Assembly (NCBI GenBank): GCA_033442325.1
Contig: JAWQFM010000030.1
Coordinates: 442,212 to 506,211 of the forward strand
Source: Salpingoeca rosetta
Lineage: Eukaryota > Protista > Choanoflagellata
Reading direction: 5' to 3'
Length of the DNA: 64,000 nucleotides
The notes under the pieces were generated by a model. The model was given only the letters and a program-made list of their open reading frames with translations, was not told the origin of the DNA and searched no databases. Position numbers and translations under genes: made by a program. This document shows, piece by piece, positions 29,604 through 47,300 of this stretch (positions are counted from its first letter, which is position 1; every line of letters starts with the position of its first letter).

Positions 29604-31013
29604 TGTGTGTGCGTGTGTGTGCAAGTGTACCGATGCAATTGATTGCGGACACGCCGTCCACATCTCCGCCCTCCGGTCGCGAGCACGTGAACGTCTGCAA
29701 GGAACAACACGAAAAAAGCGGACACGTCAGAGCAGAAAAGAATGAGAGGAAACAGCAACAACATAATGTTCACGTGCAATGCAATTTGATTGCATGTGCG
29801 GCGAGGTGATGTGTGAGGGAGAGGGAGGGGGGGTTGTGAGGGTTGGGTCGGTCGAGAAAAAGAGAGAAGAAAACAAAAAAAAAAGAGCCAGACACAACCA
29901 CAACGAAGAAGCACAACACAACACGCCGTTCATGTAGCAAACAAACAACCGCCACAAAGCACTGGCAATACAGCAACCGAGTCAAGACAGTCGGCGCCAC
30001 CTTGCTCTCGCGCGCATCGCCGTCATCCAAATCCTCCGCGCGCGCGCGCACACGCACACGAGATGGAGCAAAGCCTGCAGGCACACAAGGTGGTGATTGA
30101 CACAACGGCAATCATGGGGATGGGGATGGTGATGAGGTGGAAGTGATGGCGGTGAGGGCGGCAGCATGCGAGCACCTGATGACCGACAGTGTCGCTTGCG
30201 GGCACTCACTCACAACGGGGGCAAGCGACACCATAAAGTCAAGATCAACGGCATACACATACGCACACACAACCACACAACCACAACCGCACCGCACACG
30301 CTAACAAAAAAAAAAAGTACACAAACAAAACACAAACAAGCAGAACAACAAACAAACACACAATAAACAAAACACGCACCGCTGCCTGGCACCGCGGACA
30401 TTCGAACAGCGATGGGCGTTCCAACATCCCGTGCAACAATCTCAAACGTGTCTGCAGCAGGATGGAAGCATTGAAGCACACGCGTGCGTGTGTTTGTGTG
30501 TGTGCAAGGATTTGACAGACAGGATGAGGAAAGGTGTGAGGTGTTATCAAGGAGCGGCGTGGTTGGCCTTGGTGCACAGCGAAAAAAAATGTCTCTGCTG
30601 CTTGCAAGCACTTGTGTGCTGTGTGCTCACGTGCTTCCTCAGCGGAAATGTCGAGTGCGACGGAATCCCCGCTGCCAGTTGTCGCCTCGTTCACCTGAAG
30701 TCCATAAACAGGCGGTGTGTGTGTATGTGTGTGCATGTGTGTGTGTGTGTGTGTGTGCGTGTGTGTATGTATGTGTGTGTATGAATGTGTGTCACATGTC
30801 AGTTGCGGAGTGTGAAAGATGACGGGACAGGTGTGCATTCACGAAAGGGCAAGCACTGGCGCTTGTGCTTGTGTCGCCATGTTGACACGTTCACGTGCTT
30901 GGGCTTGACATATCCACACGTGTGTACGCACAATCGTTGCGGGCGATGTCCACACGCGCAACTCCGAATCGTAACCCGTCAGCGTCAGCGAAACACTCGA
31001 ATCTGTGCATGTT

Positions 31014-31046
<33 letters not shown>

Positions 31047-31934
31047 CGGTGTGTGTGTGTGTGTTGCGTACATGAGAACACAGGCGGAAGGGGGAAAGAG
31101 TTGTACGAAGGGACATTTAAATTTCGTTATTCACATCTTCACCACCACACGTCGCGGCTGCTACCTGTGGTGGATGAGACGTCGGATGGGTAGAGTGTGA
31201 TCCAGTAGCGGATAAGACGCGGCACAATGTTCACCGCCACGCTGCAAACGTCAAGAACATGTACGTGTGAACGTGCGAAGGAAGGGTAACGCAGAGGTGG
31301 GACGTAGACACGTCAAGCAAAGCATGTATGTGCTTTTGTAATCATACACATACACACTCTCACACACAGACAGACACAGACACACACTCACATACACTCT
31401 CACATACACACACACACAACACGGAGACACGAGTGCTGACCTCATGTGAGCCGATGAGCAGTGGGTAATCTCCGCCGAGATGAAGTAGTGTCGACCGACG
31501 TCAAGGCCAGTCACGTTGACCACGTTGCTCGTTGTCGATTCAGACACAATCTCAAGCGGGTTCTGAACCAAGACATGAAACCATGGATGACAAGGACATG
31601 TGAACACACGTACACAAGCAATGACTGCGGACAAAAGCAAACACACACACACACACACACCCACACACACACACATACACGAACACACGAGCATATCACG
31701 GACATACTCATCACCATACAACATCCCATCTCACGTTGAAGTTGCACGCTTCATAGTTTTCTTGCGTCACGCGGCGAACGCTGCTGGAGATTGAGCCGCT
31801 CCAGCGAAACCTGTACAGGTTCACCGAATTGCATGCAATGATTGAGGTGGGTGGATGTGCGGGTGAGTGCATCTTGCTTGTTTGTCCGTCAGACATTCCT
31901 TGCATGTGCGCATGTCTGTTGGTGCAACAGCGTA

Positions 31935-31987
<53 letters not shown>

Positions 31988-32216
31988 GCGTGTGTGTGCG
32001 TGCGTGCATGTGTGCATGCGTGCGTGTGCGTGTGCAACGCACTGGATAATGTCGTCCTGGTTTGCCTCGACATCCGGCTTGGGCACGTTGTACTCCCAGT
32101 CAACCACAACAACTGCACAGATCATTGTCCGTGGATAGCGGTGTCAAGTCACTCTCGTGGTGAGGGCACAAGCACGGCTCATCAGACGCACTTGCACGCA
32201 CACACGTACACACACA

Positions 32217-32293
<77 letters not shown>

Positions 32294-33755
32294 CCACAGA
32301 CACACACACGCGCGCGCGCACATCCGTCTAACCCTTGGCGAGGTCTGACTCAATGGCTGGAATCGGCGTCGTGGTCATCACAGTTGGTGGCACCGTCTCG
32401 CCTGCAGCAAGGTGTGAACATCACACATTCAGCAAGCATCGTGGACCGTGAGTGAAGAAGCATCTTGCTCGCGTTGCTCGCTTTGCTTGCATTGCTCGCA
32501 TTGCTTGCATTGTTTGTTTTTGCTTGCATGGTCATGTGAAGAAGGGGCATGGCGCATTGCACCTCAAACTGTTGCTTGCAAGCGTGTGAAGCAAGTTGCT
32601 CAACCACCATCACCACTAATATGCTCACCTTGCTCAAGCACCGTGACGCGAACCTTCATGCCTGTCTCACAGTTGGAACTACAGAACCCACAAAACGAGC
32701 GAGAGAGTGAGCACGCGTGAGGACGTTACCAGCAGAAACCAATTCACAAGTATCACACCAAGCCATCCGTCACAAGCCAGTCGAAAGCAGCATGTGAGGG
32801 TGATTGGCACGGTTGCCATGGAGTGACATACCCAACGCCTCCAACGAAAAAGTATGTCCCGGGATCAAGTGTCGCATTGTAGTCGCCCCTGGCACGCACA
32901 ACAATTGCAATTGACAAAGTGTGTGAGCCAAAGAGAATGAAGCAACAGAAACGTCAGCGGAAGGCCACCACATGTCCAGCAACGCACGAGTAAGCTCTGG
33001 AACACATTTGGTTACACACTCTCCCACATACACTCACTCAAACTCTAACATACTCTCTCACATACACTCACGTACACGCTCACGCTCACGTACGAACCGC
33101 GTGCTGCGAGCAACGAGCTCTGTGCCCACGAGGTTGCAGTTGTCAAAGTCGTTCTGGTTTGTCACCTGGAACAGTCCATGTGCAAATCCTGCCAGCAGCG
33201 AAAAGAACACGCGTTTGTGTGTGTGTGTGTGTGTGTGTTTGCGTGTGTGTGTGTGTGTGTTGTTGTTGTGTGTGTGTGTGTGTGTTGTTGTGTGTGTGTG
33301 AGTGTGTGTTGTGTGTGTGAGTGTGTGTTGTGTGTGTGCGTGTGTGTTGTGTGTGTGTATGTGCGTGTAAGGGTCGTGTGGAGCCGTGCAAATCACGTGC
33401 TCTCACAACCAGCCCAGACAAAAACGCCAACCTCTTCCCCCCCCCAAACCTAGAAAACCTCAAATCAAACATAACGGTCAGATCTCTATGTCCATATCCA
33501 TGTCACGGACGACGGACGCACCATATGGCTCCCATCGGAATCGAACAATGGTGCCTTGCTCCACAGTCAGGGGACCAAGTGCATCCTGCAGTGCTTGGCC
33601 AGACAAAAACTGGCCATCCTCGCGCTGAAACTGCCACAAGACCTGATTCAACAACGAAACCAACAAGAACATAAAGGGGGTTGTGTTGGCACACGAAGAC
33701 ATGGCCACGCAAGGCCAGCAGACGCTTGCTTGCTTGCTTATACGACACGATGCAG

Positions 33756-33823
<68 letters not shown>

Positions 33824-34048
33824 GCACACGCACACACACGCACACACGCACACACGCACACATGCACACACACACACATACACGCACACACATGCACACA
33901 CACGCACATGCACACACACATACATACATGCACACGCATACCCACACACATATGCACGCACCGTTTCAACTTCCTCCTGTGCAGACGTGGTGCCTGCAAG
34001 CACGGCAGCCACCAGCACCACCAGCACGAGCAGCACGAACACACTCAT
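27707..34048 (-). CDS. Secreted protein: signal peptide, two phytocyanin/early-nodulin-like cupredoxin domains, PLAT/LH2-like domain, C-terminal Cys/Asp-box domain; about 21 exons
   Basis: In-frame GT-AG splicing gives [24 protein letters not shown]; [54 protein letters not shown]; [47 protein letters not shown]; [49 protein letters not shown]; SIDGGLTW; TGA at 27707. Confidence 0.82.
28650..28750. repeat. (TGAG)n tetranucleotide microsatellite, intronic
   Basis: About 25 perfect units. Confidence 0.95.
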
Positions 34049-34465
<417 letters not shown>

Positions 34466-36578
34466 ATGTCGGAAGAAGCGGGCGCAGGCCTGCAGGCGTT
34501 TGTGGAGCATGTGGAGGCGCTGTCGAAGACGTCGAGCGACAGTGGCATCAACGGCTTCGCGTACGAGTTTGCGCTGTTGCGGGAGCAGTCGAACGTGATC
34601 CGCGCCTCTCTTCCACACGAGGCAGGCACGTCCCCCTTCAACGCCATGAAGAACCGCTACCGTGACATCATCCCCTTTGACCACTGCCGCGTCGTGCTGC
34701 CGGCAGACCCGAGTGACGAGGACCCCGGTGCGGACTACATCAACGCCAGCTACATCAAGGACGCCGACGGCAACATGAGCTACATTGCGGCGCAGGGCCC
34801 GCTCTCGCACACGGTGGACGACTTCTGGCGCATGGTCTGGTCCGAGAACGCGCAGATTGTGTGCATGGCGTGCAACATCATCGAGGCGAACCGGTACAAG
34901 TGCAGCAAGTACTGGCCAGACGTGGGCGAGGAGGACGACTTTGGGGCGTTCACCATCAGCACGCTCGAGGAGAAGTTTCTCACACCCGACTTCTCCCGCC
35001 GTATCGTCCGCGTCAAGCACAAGGGACAGACGCGCGAGATCATCAACTACCACTTCCTCACGTGGCCCGACCACGGTGTGCCGGAGACCCCAGCGTCCGT
35101 CATGCACTTTGTGCAGGAGGTTCGGCGTGCCCATCTTGGTGAGAGCGGTGATCCAACGGGGAAGCCGCCACTCATCGTCCACTGCTCCGCCGGCTGCGGC
35201 CGAACAGGTTGGTCGGAGAAGGGAAAGATGGTGAGGGGCGGGGAGCTGAAAAGGTGCTGCCGTGATGCGTTGCGTGCGTATGTATGTATGTTTGTTTGTT
35301 TGTTTGTTTGTTTGTTTGTTTGTTTGTTTGTTTGTTTGTTTGTTTGTTTGTTTGTTTGTTTGTTTGTTTGTTTGTTTGTTTGTTTGTTTGTTTGTTTGTT
35401 TGTTTGTTTGTTTGTTTGTTTGGTTGTTTGGTTGTGTTTGTGTTTGTGTTTGTGTTTGTTTGCGTTCGTACCGTACCTCAATGCTTTGCATCAAAGTTGC
35501 CACCTTCCATCACTCATCTTCTCTTCCTGAACGTCTTGCTGCGAACCTTCGTCACCACACACACACCACCGCCACAACCACACTGCACTGCCACCATATT
35601 GCGCCGCAACCACCTCGCACCGCCACCACAACCCTTTGCGACGCCCAGGCACCATCATCGCCATTGACATTGCACTGCGCATCCTGAACAAGCAGGGCGT
35701 GTTCTCCAAGATTGACATCTTCAACACCGTCCTCAAGCTCCGTGAACAGCGCATTGCGATGGTGCAGACATGGCAACAGCTTGTGTTCGTGTACAAGGCG
35801 CTTCTGCAGGTGGTCAAGTACACGCTGGCCACGCTCGAGCCGCCAAAGCCAGACCTCCCTCCCCGCGACCCTGCACAGCAAGGTGTGTGTGTGTTGCGTG
35901 TGTGTGTGTGTGTGTGTGTGTGCGTGTGTGTGCGTGTGTGTGTGTGTGTGCATAGAAGTTTAGTTCGCTCGCTATGTATGAGTTAATGCTGGCTTTCCTT
36001 CTCAATTCTGCTCACTCCTTCTCACTCCCCCCCCTCTCCACATCCCACATCTCCTCATCTCTCCCGTGCGCTTAGCCCCACCGGTGCTCGTCGACGACCA
36101 CGTGTACGTGAACGTCAACCTGATGCGCGCGCAGTCCAAGAGCATCAGCGAGCAGCGCAAGCGCGCCCTGACCGTGATTGGCAAGCGAGCAGACGAAGTG
36201 TCGTCGTCGTCGTCCGCCAACACGCTCGCCAGCGCTGCGCGGAGGGGCAGATCACGACGTGTCAAGAAGAGCGCATACAAACATCGCGCTGGTGGTGTTG
36301 GCGGTGGTGGTGACCAGCAGCAGGATGGTGGTGGTGGTGGTGGTGGTGGTGATGATGATGCCATTGATGAGGAAGATGAAGAGGAGGAAGAGGAGGAAGA
36401 AGACATTGATGAGGATGGTCTGGTGGACGGTGAGGAGAGCAGCAGCAGCCGCGGCAACAGCAAGGACCGGGACGAGCATGTGTCACGCGATGGGCCATTG
36501 GGGTTCCCCAATCGCATCCGAAAACCGCGCGGCCCGCGGCCGGAGCCAAAGGCCTGGACGTGGAGTGCACGGGCGTGA
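34466..36578 (+). CDS. PTPN12: Non-receptor classical protein tyrosine phosphatase of the PTP-PEST (PTPN12/18/22) subfamily; exons 34466-35207, 35649-35882, 36076-36578
   Basis: KNRY, DYINAS, YIAAQGP, WPDHGVP, HCSAGCGRTG and MVQT motifs; the C-terminus GFPNRIRKPRGPRPEPKAWT matches the PEST-family CTH motif. Confidence 0.92.
35288..35422. repeat. (TTTG)n microsatellite in PTP intron 1
   Basis: Over 30 perfect units; produces the spurious CLFV-repeat extension in the ORF track. Confidence 0.95.
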
Positions 36579-37067
36579 CACGCCACGGCGTTATAAAGTG
36601 TCGTGTTGTGTGTGTGTGTGTGTGTGTGTGTGTTTGTGAGTGATTGTTGTGTGTGTGATTGTTGTGATGTGTGTGTGTGTGTGTGATTGTTGTGATGTGT
36701 GTGTGTGTGTGTGCATCTTTGTGGACGTGTCAATGTGCCTTTTTTTGCTGACTCGTGTGATTTCTCCTTCCGCTGCACCTGAGCAGTGAGTGGTCTTTGG
36801 TGTGCTGTGTGTATGATGGTTTCATTGCTTTGTTTCTTTGTCTTTTTTTCTCTCTATTTGTCCAAAAGTGAAATGAATACAGACAACAAACAGAGCAACG
36901 AGTGTGCGTGTTTGTGCTGTGTGAACAGGGGGCACTGGCAATGTACGTCTGATGACAGCACAAGGATGACACAACGTAACGAAACATCTGGGCGTCTGTG
37001 TGTGTGCGTGTGCGTGTGTGTGTGTGTGTGCGCGTGTGTGTATGTGTGTGTGTTTGTGTGTCGCTGA

Positions 37068-41574
<4,507 letters not shown>

Positions 41575-41787
41575 CTGAACACACACACACGCATGCACAT
41601 GCACATGCACATGTACATGCAGTGATGTCAGTGTTTGCGCGTGCGTTCCAGTGTGTGTGCATGTGTGTATGTGTGTATGTGTGTTCCAGTGTCTGTGTGT
41701 GTGTGTGTGTTGTTGGTCGTAACGCGTCATGAACATTCACTGCAATGCTCAACCACACACACACACACACACACAACACACACACAC

Positions 41788-41882
<95 letters not shown>

Positions 41883-42141
41883 CCCTCTCCGCTCTTGTGT
41901 GCTATTGTGTGCAAAAAAAATGCCCAAAATTGCAGTTGTTCTTCGGAAAAGCTTTTAGAAAGTTTTTTTAAAGTTTCTTCGCCACGCGGGGCGGAGAAAA
42001 TCGCCCTCCTTTTGACCTAATGGACAGGAGAGCATACATATATTGCAAGGTATTGTAAAGGGGTGGTACGAGACAAAGAAACTTGAAATCAACCCTGGAT
42101 GGCTTTCTGGTCCTCGTGTGTGTACTGTGTGCCTGTGCCGA

Positions 42142-42241
42142 NNNNNNNNNNNNNNNNNNNNNNNNNNNNNNNNNNNNNNNNNNNNNNNNNNNNNNNNNNN
42201 NNNNNNNNNNNNNNNNNNNNNNNNNNNNNNNNNNNNNNNNN
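42142..42241. other. Assembly gap (100 N)
   Basis: Run of n. Confidence 1.
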
Positions 42242-42647
42242 GCACAAAAACACACTCACACGAAACCAAACAAGCAAACAAACACTAACACACACATACA
42301 CACAACTCACCACCTTCGTCTCCGCCATCTTCAAACTTGAGACGCTTCCCGTCCGCCATCAAGCCGCTGAGTGTGGCGAGGATCGGCCCAGTATACTCTG
42401 CCCCAAGCTCTTGCTCAATCAGGTCAGGCACGCGCTGTGTGGCCACCTCCCACATCAGCACGCCAAAGCTGAACACGTCTGCTTCAAAGCTGTACTTGTC
42501 GCCTGTCAGTGCCTCTGGTGCCATGTACAGCGGCGTGCCCACACCAGCTGTTAGCGACACACTCGTCATCGTTTGCAGTCCAGTGCGCGGGCTGTACTGG
42601 GGATCGTCATGGCGACTGGAAGTGGAGAGAGGCGCGGTGCCCTGTTG
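42242..42647. repeat. Near-identical copy of 43602-44007 (kinase exon), probably an assembly artefact
   Basis: Identical at offset 1360 up to about 42626, then small indels. Confidence 0.9.
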
Positions 42648-42664
42648 ACCGCCCATTTCGCATT

Positions 42665-43208
42665 AGTTTATTTTGAGCGACTGGTTATGAATGGTGAAAG
42701 CGAAGTGAGTGAATGGTGAGAGAGATAATAACCCATTTCTGGACATTGTACAATTAAAAGTGGTGGGACGTCCTCAAGGACACTTGCACTTTTTTGCAAG
42801 TGCGCGCAGACACAAGAGCAACAGCACATTCCAACAACCACAAGCGTGCGCGACACGTGTGTGTGTGTGTGTGTGAAGGTGAGAAGTGGCTCTTTATGTA
42901 CACTGCTGGTTGTGCAACTCACCAGAGTCTTGGTGGAAGTTTTCATCCGTGCACTGGTAGTTTTGGGAGCACCCGCGAGGCATTTCCTTGAGATCTGCGT
43001 GCATGCAAGCAATGCGAGCAGGCAAGTAGGCATAAACATGGCGGTGATGCGAAAGCAGAAGGGTCAGCGACAGTGAAGTGGGGTGAGGTGTGTATTGAGG
43101 GAGTAAGCGAAGCTCGCAGCATCAAGCAGGACTGGAATGACGAAACAAGCTGCCAGCGTGCACACGTACACACATCGCTGAACACGCGGCAACGACTGCC
43201 CCATCTTC

Positions 43209-43212
<4 letters not shown>
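42665..43212. repeat. Near-identical copy of about 17932-18472 (protein B exon and flanking introns), probably an assembly artefact
   Basis: Identical at offset 24740 over most of its length; indel-rich at the left end; ends in (CA)n. Confidence 0.9.
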
Positions 43213-43261
<49 letters not shown>

Positions 43262-43301
43262 AAACGCACAAACACACAAACACACAAACGCACACAAGCG
43301 T

Positions 43302-44224
43302 TCAGAGTTGCAGCTTCTGCTCCAGGTCGCTGAAGGATGGCCGCTGGGCCGGTTGTTGGGTCATGCACTTGTATGCCAATGCCTTGAACCACTCGGGAAC
43401 GGCTGCTGCATGCATGCAACATGGGGTAACATGGTATGCACGTAGAAAGTGTGAGAAGGGAATCATGTCTGAATGAAACACAAAGACACACGAAGACATC
43501 GACGCAGAGACATCGACGCACACACACGCGCGCAACACACACACACAAACACACAACACACAACACACAGCACAACTACAGCACATAGCACACAGCACAC
43601 AGCACAAAAACACACTCACACGAAACCAAACAAGCAAACAAACACTAACACACACATACACACAACTCACCACCTTCGTCTCCGCCATCTTCAAACTTGA
43701 GACGCTTCCCGTCCGCCATCAAGCCGCTGAGTGTGGCGAGGATCGGCCCAGTATACTCTGCCCCAAGCTCTTGCTCAATCAGGTCAGGCACGCGCTGTGT
43801 GGCCACCTCCCACATCAGCACGCCAAAGCTGAACACGTCTGCTTCAAAGCTGTACTTGTCGCCTGTCAGTGCCTCTGGTGCCATGTACAGCGGCGTGCCC
43901 ACACCAGCTGTTAGCGACACACTCGTCATCGTTTGCAGTCCAGTGCGCGGGCTGTACTGGGGATCGTCATGGCGACTGGAAGTGGAAGAGAGGCGCGTGC
44001 CCTGTTGCTGTTGTTGGTTCCTATCACGCGTCAAGCACTGGCGGATGGATCCAAAATCCGTAATTTTGGCGCGAAGCGATGATGACACGAGTACGTTGCC
44101 GCTCTTCAGATCGCTGTTGGTGTTAATTTTGGAGGTGGGATGGTGGCGGGTGAGTAGAAGGAGAAGGCGGGCGGTTACAGACGCACATGCTGACAGACCA
44201 CGCACACACACGCACACACACACG

Positions 44225-44302
<78 letters not shown>

Positions 44303-47300
44303 TTCCCACCGGTGCATCTGGCCGAGGCTGTGAATAAAGGCCATGCCGCTGGTGACATCACACAGTAGGTGCAACTTCAGGCCCCAAACATCCTTGTCCT
44401 CAGGTGACACGGCTGTACTCACGAGCGTCAGCTCCTCCGAGACATCAGATGCAGTCACACTCTGATCTGCATCGTCTTGCTTGAAACCGTTCTCCTCCTT
44501 CACCAACACGTCCTCTAGATCCCTCCTCAGCAGGTCCTTGAGCGATCCCATCGCCACAAACTCCAGCACCAGGAACGGGCTGCCGTGGGGGTCTGTACCC
44601 GCACCAAAGAACCGCACCACATGCGGGTGCCTTGTACGCTGCAAGAACTCCACCTCCTTCTCAAACTCAACCACCGTGCTCTCGTCAAACATCATCACCC
44701 CTTGCTGCAGCACCTTCACCGCCACCGAAACCGTGTCCCACTGTGCCTTGAACACCACACCACACGCGCCTGCAGCCACACGCTTGATCATTCTCAGCTC
44801 ATCATACTCAATCTCCCACGCCTTCTTCAGCGCCATCACCTCCTCGTCTCGCTCCGCCAGCAATTGCTCCTTCAGCGCGTTGTCCGTCTGCAGGCGTCGC
44901 TGCCGCTTGTACGTCCAGTACACAGCAAACAAGAGGCCCTGGAACGCCAACACGCCCGCCAGCGTGCCCAGCACCGCTGCTGTGATGTCGCGCGTCACGG
45001 GCTTGCAACGGCCGCCGCTGCGGGCATACCCGCGTGCACAGTCGCAGGCGTGGTAGTACGCCAATCGATATTCCTGCTGCAAGAGATTGGAGGTCAAACG
45101 CGTTTTCAAATGCGTGAGCTCGAGCTGGCATGAGATGGGGGTGCCCGTCAACTCCACAATCGGTATGTTGATCCTGCTGTCCAGCGACACAAACTGCCGC
45201 GTCAGCACTTCGTTGCTCGAGAGGACGGTAAAGTCGAGGGTGGCGTCCTTCACCAGCTCGGGCTTGTCGAGCCATGAGTTGTCGCTGAGATCAAGCAGCA
45301 GCACGTTGCTGAACACAAAGCACCGTTCCAACATCGAACGCACACGCTCGCGCGATTCCATGAGCGCGTCACTTTTCCAGTTCCTCGCCACCACCACCTC
45401 GCTGCCCCACTGGGAACACAGCGAGCGCACGGGGGGGGGGCACGCGCGTGCCGCTGATGTCGAGAATGTCCGCGGTTGGCAGCGCCAGCTCGTGCAGATT
45501 GGTACAGCCTGACACGTTGAACTGCGACACGGGCGATGCCACACGCAGGCTCTCCAGCTTCGGGTTGTTCTGCAGCAGCAGCACGTCAAACACGTGATCG
45601 GGGCACATGTTGAGATGCTTGTACCCAGTGTTGGTCAGCTGCAATGTGGTGTCAAGCGGTCGCAGAAAGCGGCAAATGTCCTCGGTTCGCACGGTCGTCT
45701 CGTCCATGCCCGGCCAGCCAGCGTACAGCGCCTTCACGTGCACGCGCGAATTTTCGAAGAAGAGGGGCGCAACCTCACGCACGTCCACGTTGCGCACATC
45801 CAGCACGCGCAGCGGCGTTGCCAACTTGTTGCCGACAGTTGGCGCGACCTTGATCGTGGCTGGCGGCATGTCTGGGTGGGCGGCAACCTCCAGGCGCCAC
45901 AGCTCCGTCAGGTCCACGACGGCATTGAGGTTGAGGTGTGACACACGGTGGTTGTTGAAGTAGAGCTCCCTCAGTGATGGGAACTGCAGCAGGTCGGGCA
46001 GTTCTCTGAGCCGGTTGTCGTTAAGGCGGATGGATTGAAGGCCGGGGAGGAGCGGGAACGGCGGCAGGGTGGTTAACCTGTTGCTGGCGAGGCTGATGTG
46101 CTTCAACAGCGGCAGCCGCTCAAAACTGCCGGCGGGAAGGGAGCGCAGCCTGTTGTTGCTGATGTCGATGATGCGGAGGCTGTCGTGGTCGCGTAGCACC
46201 TGGGCAGGGATGCTGGTGAGCATGTTCTGCTGTAGGCTCAGATGGTCGAGGCGCGGCAGCAGTGTTGGGAGTTCAGGGGAGATGCCGGTCAGCTCATTCT
46301 GCACAAGCCAGAGTCTCGTCAGGTTGGGGGCGCCGGCACCAAACCAGGCCGCGTCAAGGAAGGGGATGTTATTCTGCGACAGCTCAAGAAAGTCGAGGTA
46401 GTTGAGGCCTGCGAATGTGTTGGCGGGGATGGTGTGGACGCGGCCGCGCTCCATGTTGACAGTCTCAAGCAAGCGGTTGTTGGAGAAGAGGGTGGCGGGG
46501 AGAGCGGTGACTTGCAGGAAACGCATGCGGATGGAACGCAGCTGCCGTAAAGGCGCCAAGATGTGCGGGTGAAGTTCTTTGAGTGGCAGGCCCCCAATGT
46601 CCAGCTGCCGCAGGCGTGAGAGGCCCACGAACATGTCATCGGGCAGCTGTTCCACGTCATTGCCCTGCAGTCGCAGGAATTCAAGCGTGGTCAGGGCGCT
46701 GAATGACCTGGGTGCGATGGTGGTGATGCTGTTGAAAGCAAGATCGAGGGTGCGGATGCTGGGGAGATGCCCAAACAGGCTGCTGTCCACACGTGTCAGC
46801 TGGTTACTGTGAAACGAGAGAACCTCCAACGCCTGCAGGCCGGCGAAGGTGCCTTGGTCCACAATCTCAATGTGACTGTTGTTGAGGAAGAGGTGGGTCA
46901 GCTGGGCGGCGCGAGCCAAGGGCGGGTGCGTGTTGCCGTTGGGACCGCGTTGCGAGAGGTGGACGATCGTGCTGTTGGCGAAAGCGATGGTGGTCACATT
47001 GCTGAGTGGGTTGAAGATGCTGAGGTGCAGATGGTTGGTGACTACACCGCGAACGTTTATGGTGCTGACGCTCTCCCAGTTGGCGTTCTCCAATACCCAG
47101 GACAAGGTGCCCAAGGTGAAGTTGGCGCCGTGCACGGTGAAGGTGCGTGGTCGCACCGTGAGCGAGAGCTGCAAAAGTTCAGCAGCTGCGCTTGCCCGCG
47201 TGGCGTTTGTCATGTCCACAAACATGTTCACGTCGACGAGGAGCGAGAGGGGTGAGCCAGGAGGGAGGGTGTGGACTGGTCGTGGGCAAGTACCCTCGGT

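Noticed and set aside
35208-35530. Hydrophobic C-terminal extension suggesting a membrane-anchored PTP
   Set aside because: It is intron 1: the donor at 35208 and acceptor at 35648 restore GRTGTII and the Q-loop.
42285-42656. Apparent second LRR-kinase paralogue fragment
   Set aside because: Identical to 43602 onward including intron sequence, abuts a gap and degrades like a read end; treated as an artefact.
42923-42994. Apparent third copy of the zinc-finger PRGC exon
   Set aside because: Identical to 18183-18254 with its flanking introns and no neighbouring exons; part of the chimeric segment.
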